NCBI RefSeq assembly: GCF_036321535.1 | Contig: NC_087437.1 | Location: 92,816,001 to 92,880,000, forward strand | DNA from: Camelus dromedarius | Lineage: Eukaryota | Direction: 5' to 3' | DNA: 64,000 nucleotides | Part shown: piece by piece, positions 1 through 11,960 of the stretch | Layout: the number at the start of each line of letters is the position of its first letter | Numbering within the stretch: position 1 is the first letter of the stretch | The notes under the pieces: generated by a model | Databases searched by the model: none | What the model was told of the DNA's origin: nothing | Seen by the model: only the letters and a program-made list of their open reading frames with translations | Translations under genes and position numbers: made by a program

Positions 1-727
1 AACACATCTAGAAGAGCAACTGAAATTAGAATTGCCAGTGGATGTGTTTATGATAATCCACTGTCATTTTCCAAAATTCATTTACCTCTGTGCAAGCCAG
101 ATTGGCAAGTTAACAAGAATATATCTTTGAAGTCCTTTGTGGAGGCAGAAATACAGGCAGTCTTACTAGGGATGAGTTTATTTTGGTTTGCTATTTTAGT
201 AGGTAGAGGAAGCTTTAGTGAATGTGTGTATATATACATATGCACTCATCCTACTGCAAGAAATTCAGTTATTTTGACAGCATTTGGCAACTGACTGAGG
301 TTTAATATTGGTATTTGGCCTTTTTCACAGTCAGAACACAGAAGTGACACCAGGTGTGGTGTTTTTCATTCATTCTTGTTTTGTGTGTCTCTCTGTGTGA
401 TTTATTCAAGTATTAATATCATAGACCATTCCTGTTTCCAGATAACTTTCAAAATCTTTTCCTTAAACAAAATCACAACAAAACATGGTTTCTCTTTAAC
501 AATTAGATGTGAGTTGTAGGGATATATGAGTTCTTACCTTGTGCATGTATTTTTTGTTTAGTTTGGTATGGTTTGGTTTTATTTTCTTCAAAAGATAACT
601 TAGCAACCAAGCACATATAATAATGATGATAATAAATCAACGTTTTCAATGCATTAGTGTGAAACAGGCACTCTCCTAAGCACTTCATATACATTATTAT
701 CTTATTTATCCTTCAGTATAATGTTAC

Positions 728-965
728 TAATAATAATACCTGATACTTATAAAGCATTTCTATGTGCCAGGCACTATTATATATATTAATTTATTTAATT
801 CTGACAATAAGTTGAAGTACATATACACTATTATTACCACAAGTTATATCACTCTGAAGACATATCATATAATAAATACCTGATAGAAAATTCAAGTAAC
901 TTGCCCAAAGTCACTTAACTCCTATCTGATTGAGGTGAGATTTAAATTGATACAGACTGACTAAA
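728..965 (-). mobile_element. MIR SINE, degenerate
   Basis: Reverse-complement MIR motifs tatgtgccaggcact and aagtaacttgcccaaagtcac; boundaries approximate. Confidence 0.75.
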
Positions 966-1115
966 AGGGAAATATTCAAAACCAATACAGTGTACTGACT
1001 GTCAATCTTACATCCAGTATTTTTTAATATATTCCTATTCTTCTATTTACATGGCCCCTAATTTTTTCCATAAACTTTTTATACAATAGTTGAATTTAAA
1101 ATGTTCTGTCACAAC

Positions 1116-1230
1116 TGATAAGTTCCTTGAGAACATGGCATATGATGTTTATTTTTTGTATTCTCACAATTAACACAATGCCCTTATTATATTTAAGGTA
1201 CTCAATAATTATGAATTTTTAATTGATTAA
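1116..1230 (+). mobile_element. L2 LINE 3' end fragment
   Basis: ataagttccttgag...aacacaatgcc...aggtactcaataa resembles the L2 3' terminus. Confidence 0.55.
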
Positions 1231-2705
1231 CTGCATGTGCTCACATTGAAAAAACACTGCGAGGGAGGGACTGGTGTTGCGATGTATGTTCTTGATAGAA
1301 AAGATTGCATCATGGGGGCAATCAGCTCTGAAAGTTACCAGGTGTTTAAGATCAATCAGTAAATCCCAAATTACCAACAGAAGACTCCCTAAGAGTATTA
1401 CAGTTTAATAGTTGAGACAATGTAATAGTGTCAATACTTGAACCAGAAAATAACAACCTTATTATTTTTGCCATTATAACCAAGTTAGACTACTTGGCAA
1501 TCTAATCAAGTGTTTGATCATTAATGATAATTTCTAAAACAGAGAAATCAGTCTTAAATCCACCTATACCGTACTACTATATAATAAGGAAGCATAAGTT
1601 GAATGAATATAGATATAATAGAGGATTTGAGTAAAAGACTCAAAGGGCAAGATTTTTAATTTATTTAAATATAAACATGTCACAGAATGTTTAATCCAAA
1701 CTTTCAAGTATGTAAATCTTTTACCATAACCTTAGAGTTATCATTGTTATTTCTAATCAGATCCATTACTACTTAACCTTATCATATATACGTATTGCCA
1801 GAAATATTATCTGTAAGTGCTTGATTACAATTATCACTAAATTAAAGAATGGCTGTAGTATGTCAAGCATCTTTTATAAATATGACTTCCCAAGGCTAGC
1901 ATGAGGATGGAAGATATCAGCACTTAAACATCAACACTGCATTAATCCAAATGAGGTCCTGTGTAATACTAAGTCTTAACTTTAAAACTGTACTGTTTTT
2001 TAAAAATTACAACTAAATAATACATTCTTAGCATTGACATCAGCAATTTATAAGAGATCCAGAGGAACTAGACAGACTTCTATTTTAAGATGGATTTAAA
2101 AGTATGCTAGAAGTGTGTGCTGAATGAACCTCCTACATACAGAATCTTTTTTTTTTTTAGATACCATCTCAAAACAGAAATAATGCTTTTTATCCTTTGA
2201 AGCACAGAAATTTAACTCACAGCTTCTCGAGACACTAATAGGTTGGCATAGCCAATACGATCTTTTGATCAAAATAAAAGAAGGGCTATATTTGGGGCTC
2301 AGCCACTGGCTTCAGAATGAATTAGACAAAATCCTGAAGGTATAAGAGATTTCTTTTCTCTGATTGTGGATACAATTAGCAAGGCATGCTGAGAACCTTG
2401 GGTGAAAGGAACAAATAGGAGTTATTACTCTTATTTCCTACGTTAGTGCATTTACTAGTACAGTAAAATGGAAGGACATTGATTTAGGAATCAGTTACCT
2501 GTGCACTGGTTCTGGTTTACACCTGAATTTGCCCTAGCAGCAATCTCTCTGATAATCATTTCTTAACACAAAAAATAAATACATTAGTTGCTCTAACTTA
2601 CAATTGTCACTGTTAGGATAAAAAAAATCAGTAATAGAGATTAAATTTTGCTTAATTTTATACTTTTCTCTCTCACATTAAGATAGTAATAATAAATTTG
2701 TATTT

Positions 2706-2790
2706 TTATATATATATACTTATATACATACACATGTGTATATATGTATACATACATACATATTTATGTACACATATATCTGTGTGTTTT
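2706..2790. repeat. (TA)/(TACA)-rich low-complexity tract
   Basis: tatatatatatacttatatacatacacatgtgtatatatgtatacatacatacatat. Confidence 0.8.
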
Positions 2791-2834
2791 ATGAAAAGAT
2801 TTATAAACTGTCATGTGCTGCATATTTGTTTCAT

Positions 2835-3010
2835 TTTCTACACAAATATTCGTTAGATTCCTTATATAAGCCTGATTCTGTGAAAGGCTTTAGCTATACA
2901 ATCAAAGACACTGCCCTTAGGAGGTACTAGTTTAGTTACGTTAGAACTTTTAAACAGATAAATAATAAAGACCAAAATGTTCTAAGTCCTATGACAGAAG
3001 TATATATAGG
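2835..3010 (-). mobile_element. L2 LINE 3' fragment
   Basis: caaatatt...aaagacactgcccttaggag...taagtcctatgacagaagtat, typical antisense L2 tail. Confidence 0.55.
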
Positions 3011-3299
3011 CTAAAGAAAGTCACAAGAGAAAGAACTAAATTCATCCTTTGATAGGTCAATGCTGGACACCATCCAAGACCTTTGTATACTGTGCTTATG
3101 AAAAGGATATTGTAATAAGACATCTTATCTCTATGGCAAACATACAAAATAGATGTTATAAACCTGAGGCTCCAGTTTAATATAACTCACGATATAATTA
3201 CTGCACTCTCCTCCATTATTTTTTCACTGAACCTAGAGAATTCCTTCCTCTTAATTACCTGTGGCATATATTTTTGTATATATATTTATTTTTTCCTAA

Positions 3300-3391
3300 T
3301 TGGCTAGTAAGTCCCTATAACAGAGACTTTCTTAATCATTAGCATCACCTAGCAGAATGTATGAATGACTGAATGAATGAATAAATAAATA
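3300..3391 (+). mobile_element. L2 3' tail
   Basis: cacctagcagaatg followed by an (aatg)n-like tail atgaatgactgaatgaatgaataaataaat. Confidence 0.55.
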
Positions 3392-3535
3392 ACATTTATG
3401 AAAGTAGAAATGCAAAGATGCAACAGGAAAATTAAGACAAGAATCTTCATAATGTAATTTTTAAAATTGTGTTGATCAACTAAGAGAAATCTCTTGTGAC
3501 TAAAATGTTCCCCAAACCTGAAAGAAAACTAAGCC

Positions 3536-3539
3536 TGTG

Positions 3540-3576
<37 letters not shown>
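3536..3576. repeat. (TG)n microsatellite
   Basis: About 20 TG units with one CG interruption. Confidence 0.97.
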
Positions 3577-3578
<2 letters not shown>

Positions 3579-6500
3579 ATGTTCATGTATGCACAAATGG
3601 TCAGGTCAATTTTAATATACTGAGGTGGAAAGAATATGTGCTTTGAAGTCAAATAAACTGGGGCTGGTGTCCAAATGATAATAATCTTTTGGGTGAGAGC
3701 TCTCAGAACTTTAGTTTCCTTTGGGATTTAATGAAACCATATTTGGAAATCAGAGGCTTTTGTTTTTGTCGCACAAGGCTTAGCCATGACAGTGCAAGAC
3801 TACTGAAATATTGCACATTGTCATAGAAATAATTAATTTTTCACTAACTTTTATAAATAATGGCTTTACCACTTTTTGTTTTTTCTTCAATTGCTGGCCT
3901 TTGGGCTTCTCCACTGCCAAAGCAAGGGTAGCAGTAAATTTGATGGCAGTATTTGCATGTCCTTCATTTGAATCCTTTGTAAATATAAAACCTTACATTA
4001 CAAAATGTGCACGATTTCTTATTAGAAAGCGTGGCTGTGCAATGAAAAAAAACAAGCATCTAATTCTCAAAACAATGTTAATGACATGTTCACATGTACA
4101 GATGCCAAAGGAAGCCCTCCCTCAGAGGATTACAAAGTTCAGAATGTCCCCTTGCCTTGCACATAAGTGTGGTGATATTCTTTTTGTAAAATAAAAAAAA
4201 AAAAACTTTACTTGTATATGTATTAAAATCATATAAAATATCATTTAATTCCACTCAGATACCTCAAAATTTCCCTGATAACACCAGAAATAATTTTCAA
4301 AACTGCACCAACAATTAATGTCTATGCCTCTTATTTAGCTCTTTTATGAATGAGCCGTGAGTATGCAGCCTGCTTCTGTAAATAGATTGCAAATGCTTTG
4401 AGGGCAAGTGCCACAAAACATATTCCACATCTAGAATAGTGTTGCAACCAAACATTTGTTGATAATGATGTTGAGTTACTTTGAAAAAAAAACTCTTAAA
4501 TTTTCCTCTCAAAATTAATTTTCCCCAAACTAAATTTGCCTTGATATCCTCAAAGCACTCTGCTATAAATTTGGAACACAAAGAGACAGAATACACACTC
4601 TTTTCTCTAAAGAAATCATAATTTAGTTAGGAAGGTAGAAAACTTTATAGAAATATAGACTCAAAGAGACATGTAATTGTCAAATGAGGTCTTAGAAAGA
4701 AAATTAAACCTAGAAAGGAAAACCTGTATCAAAAAGATGTATGTGGAATTTAGGAATGTGAGCTTTTTAAAAATTGTAACTTAGAAATTTGCACATGGAG
4801 TTTCCTAGTTTTACTGTATCCTTAGCTAAGAAAATTGTTTTGCTGTCAAAATGGAAAATTTCACTCATTCAGGTTAGAACAGAATGTTAAAAGATAAATG
4901 ATCTTAGCAACAGTAACTCACAAACTATCTGATCTGATGAATTACTCTACTTGAGATACAATAATTAATCTTATTTTTGTAAATCCCATAGGTATAGAAT
5001 TCTTAATATTTTTATTAAAAATATATAAGGCAATCAAATGTAATATTTATAACTAGAATATAGTTATTTGATTGTGAATTTCTGCCATTCTAAAAGTTCA
5101 AATCATGTTAGTAAAAAATGTAGGACTATGAAATTTAAATTATGAGGCTCTAATCTCTAATTACTAACAGTTTAGCAACTTAATATGTCCTAGATCCATA
5201 ATTTACGTTCTGTAATTTCATAAGAGTTATAAACTCAAGGGCTGCCAATAATATAGCAATGCCTAGTTAAGATAGTCTTAAAAATGCATGAGAAAATTCA
5301 TGGATTCAAGACTAGTCTCAGGCAAACTGTGAAGTTCAAAAGTTGGTCTGTTGTTTTCTAGCCTCTACTGTCCTTATGTGTTCCTCCCTCGCAGAAAATT
5401 CTCCCCTCCTGTATAATTTGTATTTTTTCCCTGTCTGAGACAGATATGACTGAGGAAGAAGGAGAAAATATTTGACTAGAGCTATGGATACCCACATGAA
5501 TAGTCTGGATTTATCCTATAGTCCAAAGGATTTTTAATTGTAGTGTCATTACATTATTATGTAAGTAATTTGATAAGTACCACAATAAATTGAAGTTATA
5601 AACCATTATTTCTAGAAAAAGAAGCTTATCCCTTTGCCATCCCTTGTAGTCCCTTGCATTTCAATATGTTTTTTTGAGTGAGTAGAAAAAAAGAAGAAAA
5701 AAGCAGAGCAAACAACTAATGAGACTGAAGCTAGGTGCGCCCGAGCTGGTTTGTTCCTCGTATGAATATCGTATATCTTGTGTGCTAAGGCGGAAAAAAA
5801 TTGCTGAGAAACACTCCTTTAGGAAATAGGAGACCAATAATTTATTTTAAACAAAAGAGAAATTTTAACAGAGTGCCATTAAAAAAAAAAATCTGTCAAT
5901 ATAGTGGTGGGTCCGTGAGAGGACAGCAATACCGAAGTAAGTGATGCGAGGGAAAAGGTGGTATTGTCAAAATCCAGTTGAAAGATTAAGGTCTGATCTA
6001 GACAGTGTGAATAGAAACTGACAGATGCATAACTGTTTCATCTGTCAGTCATTTCTCTAAGCTCTAGAGCAATCCTTAAAATAACTTCAAAAAGAAGAAA
6101 ACAATATAAGTTTCATAAATATTTGCAGAGACTTTATTCACTAACTGAAGATTGCTCAGAACCACATTTTGCAACTGTTCTTTGAAGCTCAAGTCTTATC
6201 TTTTCACTGTTATTGCAATAGTATCCTCTTTTGTTCTAGGCTTTGCTCTCTAAATTAGAGGATAGAAACTCAGTTTTCTACTGGGTCAAGGCAGCTAACT
6301 AATAGAACCAAAGTGCTGTTGTCTAAATTGATTCCAATAAATGAAATCTATTCAAGTCATAAAAAATTCAATCTTTAACAGATCATGGCAGAGAAATTTC
6401 AGTTTACTTAAGCATTCACAACCAAAACCACATGGCTGAACTAGTACGTTTTTAGATTTCCATGAATCAATGTCTCCTTCACATTGAAAGCTCAGATAGA

Positions 6501-7255
6501 CACATTGAAAGTTTTTTTTAAGTGGGCATCTAGTCAACCCTCTATACAATAGTTGTATGTATATATTCTTCTTGAGTCATTAGAGTCTGACTGCCAGGTC
6601 TCCACAATTTACATTTGTCTAATATATAGTTCCATATTTCTAACAAGTTGAGGAAATCTTAAAATAGTTTCTATGTATATGCCATGATTTGTCTTTAAAA
6701 GATTGGTATGACATTGAATAACTGGTCTCATACATACAATTATAAATAGGTGAATTTGGGGTTTAATATCTTTTAGGATAAGGCAGAAGGCATTGTTGAT
6801 TTTTTTATTCAACTCTTCTCCTTTTGAGTTTTAAATTTGCACTTTAACTTTAAAGAAAAACAAGGTTGTGTCCAATGGTGATTAATTTTATTACATAGCA
6901 AAATAGCAGATACATCCCATTTTTAATCAGTTGCTCCTTAACTGTAGTTTCTCTGAAAAAAGATTAATTTTAGACTTATGGTTGCTATTTAATAAGTACA
7001 ACACATGTGGAAAACTGAAACTGAAACCTTATTTTTGCATCCCACTTTATTTTTTCTTTCCTATTGAGAGGAGTTTTCACCTGATACTTACTAGATGAAA
7101 CATTTGAAGATCTCATGATCCATATGTCAGTTTGGGGTAACTGGAGCTTCTACAATCAATTCATGTCCCAAACACAGTCTTGTTTCAGAAATTACATGGT
7201 TCAGTCCCCCATAATCAAAACTTTGAGTTTATTTTACCATTCTATCTTCTCCCTT

Positions 7256-8004
7256 TTGAGCCAGGGCCTGGCTGCAGTCTGGCCATTTAGGGGTAGAGGG
7301 TACAGGGGATGGGTCTTTCTGTCTCACTCATCTCTCATACTCACCTGCTTCTGTAAATACCACTCCTAAATTAAAAGGAGTGGAGGTAGGGAAGTTGTTA
7401 CTTGGACAAGATGGCAGTGCAGGAACTTGGACTGGCAGATGGTTAAAGCTTTTGAGGACTTTTTAGAGGCTAGACTTCTCTGACTACAACACCTGTTAAC
7501 TTCTTGTTCTGTGCCTTTCCTTCAGATACCTGCTTCTCTCTCACTTTAATCCCTCAGATATCTTCACATGTAGACTATCAGTTAGAATCCTGTTGTATAT
7601 CCTGGAAGTCCTGCTAAACAGAATTTTAAATGGCTCCAGGATGGCATTCCCACTCTTTTCATCAACATCTGGGCCACAGGAAAGCTTGTGAGTTTTTTTG
7701 CCATCCCACTAGTGAAAATACAGTTATTTCACAAGTGAACCTTATTTTTCTCTTGATTCTGCTACCTCAGAGAGTCATGACCTTGCCCTGAAGAATGTCA
7801 GGCCATTTGTCAGATAGCAGACCAGAGAGCCCCCAAAATTATGAGAACGTATCCCAGGCCCCTCAAATGCTCCCAGTGAAACCCCTCTTTCTAGGTTCCA
7901 GGCAGAAGAGGGATGACTCCCACTCCACACCTTTGGGACGGATGACAGGACTTAGAGTCCAGTGCCAGCTCTCTGAAGGAACTCTGGGGCCATATATTCT
8001 CTAC
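7256..8004 (-). mobile_element. Probable ancient LTR (family uncertain)
   Basis: GC-richer ~750 bp block with fairly sharp edges; minus strand begins gtagagaatatggccccagagttccttc, like an old LTR 5' end; family not securely recognised. Confidence 0.35.
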
Positions 8005-10105
8005 TTATTCTACTTTCTTTCTCAGTCTTTTTGTTATGGGTATTAGAGCCTTCTACCTAGTTATTTTTCTTTGGTTATATGCATTTGGATCTGGCAGTTA
8101 GAAAATACTTTAGAATTTTATCTGTGGAATCACAGTGCCTCAGTTGAAACTTCCAATTTTCATATGTTGTTACATTAATATTGGTAATTTTGATAATAAA
8201 ACATGCCAGTTAAATTTCTGTTAAGTAATAAATGAAAATAAAAGTCTTCTTACTATACAAACTGTTCTTCCAATTTTACATGTATTGTAAGTTCTTTTGC
8301 AAAGAAATGAATGCACATTAAAAGCACGCATGCTGCAGTTTTATTCAGATTTAAGAAAGATGTATCTTTTGCTCTCTGTTTCCTCTTTCTCCACACAAAC
8401 CAGCAATCAATATGCAGATGCTAGATTTACAGACTCTCCTAGGATGACAGATCAATAAAGAACCCCACTGAAAACTGCTTGCCTGAAGGAGGAGAATATA
8501 AACTTTTTTCTTAATCTCTATAAGGCTTTGCTCCCAGGACCAAGCACTTCTCGCTCAGTGTTAACAGTACTGAATTTTCTTACTGCTTTTTCATGTCAAA
8601 GGCACTCTTCAAATATGTACTTAATTAAGCCTCTCTTTTAACAGAGGTGGCCCTGTTCTCATCCTCTTGCCTCCCTTTTCTATCTCCTGTGTGGTGAGTT
8701 CTCTTTGAAGTCATGCAGGAGAGATGTGCAGGGATGAAGGAGATGAGAACAGAGCCAAGGGCGCTTGTAATGAACTTGATGGAAAAGAAGTTTAGATTAA
8801 TTCAGCTATTCTAGCTACCCTCTATTTAGAATTCTTATGAGGAAATACTAAATTACAAGAAGATAATGAGTCAGATTTTATGTTAGCTTTGAAAGTCTTG
8901 CCCTCTAAATGCATTTGTGGACATCCTGTGGATTCCTAAGGATTTAGAACTCTGCAAATTTCCAGTTTTATAGGACTTATTTATTTTGTATTATGCCTGG
9001 ACTCTTTATGTTTATCTCTTATGATTGCCTTGAAGTTCACAGCTGGAGCTTGAGTTATTAAAAGGTATCTATTTGTCTGAATACTTCTCCTTGGATTGAT
9101 TCTTAAAGGAAGTCCATGATGATTTGTAACTATGCATATTATCCATAACTACACTTTTAGAAATAGATGTTGATCATTTGAAAAAGTGTTTTGTAACTGC
9201 ATACAATACTGAGGCAATTTCAACAGTAGAATTGAATCTAATGTTACTACACAGTGGCTGCCAAATAATTCATTTGAATTTCTTATCTCTGGTTATCTCA
9301 GTCATTTCCCAGAAAATTATTTTCTTAGATTGCTTATTTAAAGGTTTACAAAAAGATGCAGTAAATATATACAACATAAATAACTTAATGGCCATAAGTT
9401 TCATAATTATAGTAACTTTTTCTTCATTGTATTCTTGTTCAGGCATGCTGAGTCTTTTTTGGGACATTAAATTTCATAGATTGGTTCACATTGTATTATT
9501 GCAAATATCATTTGATTTTTTCATGCATTGCAGGCAGGATATAGAAGTAAAGTAAGAGCCATACTGCATACTTGATTTCCAATTTACCTGAACTTATTAA
9601 AAGAATTGTTCAGAGTCATTTTTTTTTTAATCCTTAAATTGTTTTCCAGGTCACAAATATTCTACTCAGCAGTGAAATTGTCCTTACTAGTTTCTACAAG
9701 ATACTGATTACATTTCTTGTGATATTTTAATAGGTTTATGCTCAGAATTGCTAAGGTTCAGATTTTTGGAATTTCTTGCAGAAAAACAGTTTATGTATTT
9801 CTAGTATTGTTTTCAACATTTGCTAATACGCATTGATCAAGAGGGACCACAGGTTTCTTCTTTTTGCTGTTACTTTCTATGTTATTTAATTGTGTTATGT
9901 CTAATAGATTATTCATCCAAACATTAGACCTCTTCAACTTTTTATTATTCAACCATTTCAGCCCATTTTTGTATATCTAGTTAAAAGCAAAGTCACAACA
10001 ACAGATTTATTAGGTAAAGACAATTACATCTTAATGGTAGCTGTCAAACCACACAAAACTATGCTTAATGGCACCTCAATTTTGCATTAAAAATAATATT
10101 GAAAG

Positions 10106-10440
10106 TGTGGAATCTGAAAAATAATACATGAATCTATATACAAAACAGAAACAGACAGACATAGAAGACAAATTTATGGTTACCAAATGGGTCAAGGTAG
10201 AGGAGAGGGACAAATTAGGAATATGGGATTAACAGATACAAACTACTATACAGAAAATAGATAAGCAACAAGGATTTACTGCATAGCACAGAGAATTATA
10301 CCCAACATCTTATAATACACTATAATGGAATAAAATTTACAAAAAAAAAAAAAAAACCTAAAAAACAAAAACCAAATCACTATGCTGTATACCTGAAACT
10401 AACACAATATTGTAAATCAACTACACCTCAATTAAAAATA
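10106..10440 (+). mobile_element. L1 LINE, 5'-truncated 3'UTR (cetartiodactyl type)
   Basis: tgtggaatct...caaaacagaaacagac...aacaaggatttactgcatagcacag...tgctgtatacctgaaactaacacaatattgtaaatcaacta plus A-rich tail. Confidence 0.92.
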
Positions 10441-10721
10441 ATAATATAAAACCTGTGCTTATGCTGAAGAAGAATCCTTGTTTGAATCCATTTTGGATGA
10501 TAACTCCCTCTGCCAGCAATTATGAAATCTGCATACCTGATTCACATAGCATCTAATACTAAACCAAGTGAAGATAAAGGTGAATATATCACCCATAATA
10601 TGATGCACCTCTCAGAAGATAAAACTAGATGCACTGATTTTTATTTTCAACAGTGAAGTGTCAGCATCTAAAATAATGAATTTTATAGTTCAGTTTCATT
10701 CTGGACTAGGGAGATTACAAC

Positions 10722-11191
10722 CTTTGTAGGTAATCTCTGTAATAAAAATCCTCCAAAATATAGAACCTTAAAAGTACAAACTTAATGTTCTCTTATGTAA
10801 CAGATTCAAGTAAGCAGTCCAGATAACCAGGCAGCTGTGCCCTACAAAGTCATTCAGAGACTTAAGTTCCATACATTGTGAATCTACTGTTACTTAAATT
10901 GTTATTCTTATCTTTATGATCATCATTTAATCCAGGAAGATCATGCTGCAGCTCATGGGAAAGGAAAAGTATAAAGAATTCACATGCCCAGTACTTTAAG
11001 ACCCATAGCTGGAAGTGTCACTTTCACTTGTGGTCACATCGCATTAGTGGAAACATAGCCAAAGGACTTATCTAGCTGTAAAGGAGTCTGAGAAATACAG
11101 TCTGTAGCTGGGCAGGCATGTGCCCGGCAACAGATTTACTAAGTAAGAACAGGAAAGAATATTTTGTTGGGCAGCTAGATGTTTCTACCAT
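10722..11191 (-). mobile_element. MaLR solo LTR (MLT1J-like)
   Basis: aagtcattcagagac...ggaagtgtcac...ctagctgtaaaggagtctgagaaatacagtct...ttgttgggcagctag. Confidence 0.8.
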
Positions 11192-11274
11192 CAGGCAAAG
11201 AGAGCATGAGGATTGTGGTCCATGATGAAAGTATTCAATGGTTGCTGGGGGTATGATCAAATGGGGAACAACAA

Positions 11275-11333
11275 CAACAACAAAATTAAAGAATCAACAA
11301 CAAAATTAAAGAATCAACAACAAAATAAAGAAC
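11275..11333. repeat. 20-bp tandem repeat (~3 copies)
   Basis: caacaacaaaattaaagaat x2 perfect plus a third degenerate copy, grown out of an (AAC)n run. Confidence 0.92.
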
Positions 11334-11859
11334 AAGTTTTCAGAAATGTAATGCACTGTCGATGCCAAGTTTACATTTAGCGTATATCAATATTGAAATG
11401 GTTATTTATGCAGTAGAAAACTACTAAAAGTCTTTTTATTACTACATTAGAGACTCAAATTCAGAAACCCTGCCACAGTGTCAAGTACCAAAGCATTTTT
11501 GTTTGTTCTGTATAAAGGAGGTACAAGGCAAGTCATGCTAGAGCAAAAAGTCAACTCCCATATGTGAAGTGTGTCCCTTAATAAATAGTATGTCATGAAC
11601 TGTCATATTTTAAGTCTGCTTCTAAATACATCTTTCTGCTATTCTACCAATTTTGGTGACTCTCTATCTTTTAAAAAATGTGGCTGCCTAACATCTTCTG
11701 AATACGTGACCCTCTCTCTGCTCTCATAGAAGTAAAATATATGTAAAATTTTAAGTGAAATAAAAATTTTAGTGAATTTAATTTTTTGGTTATGTATCTT
11801 TAATTTTTAACATTATTTGAACCCATTGGTTAAGCTTAAATTTGGTTCATGTTTCTTTT

Positions 11860-11960
11860 ACAGATGGTTGCTAGCCTACTATCTGCAAAGACTGTTCTGG
11901 GCACAGAGGATACAATATGAATGATGAGAATCCTGCCTTTAGTGAAGTCATGGTCATAGT
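11860..11960 (-). mobile_element. L2 3' fragment
   Basis: gcctactatctgcaaagactgttctgggcacagaggataca...tcctgcc. Confidence 0.6.

Noticed and set aside
11275..11333. CRISPR-like array
   Set aside because: Head-to-tail repeats without spacers in a mammalian context; no cas genes
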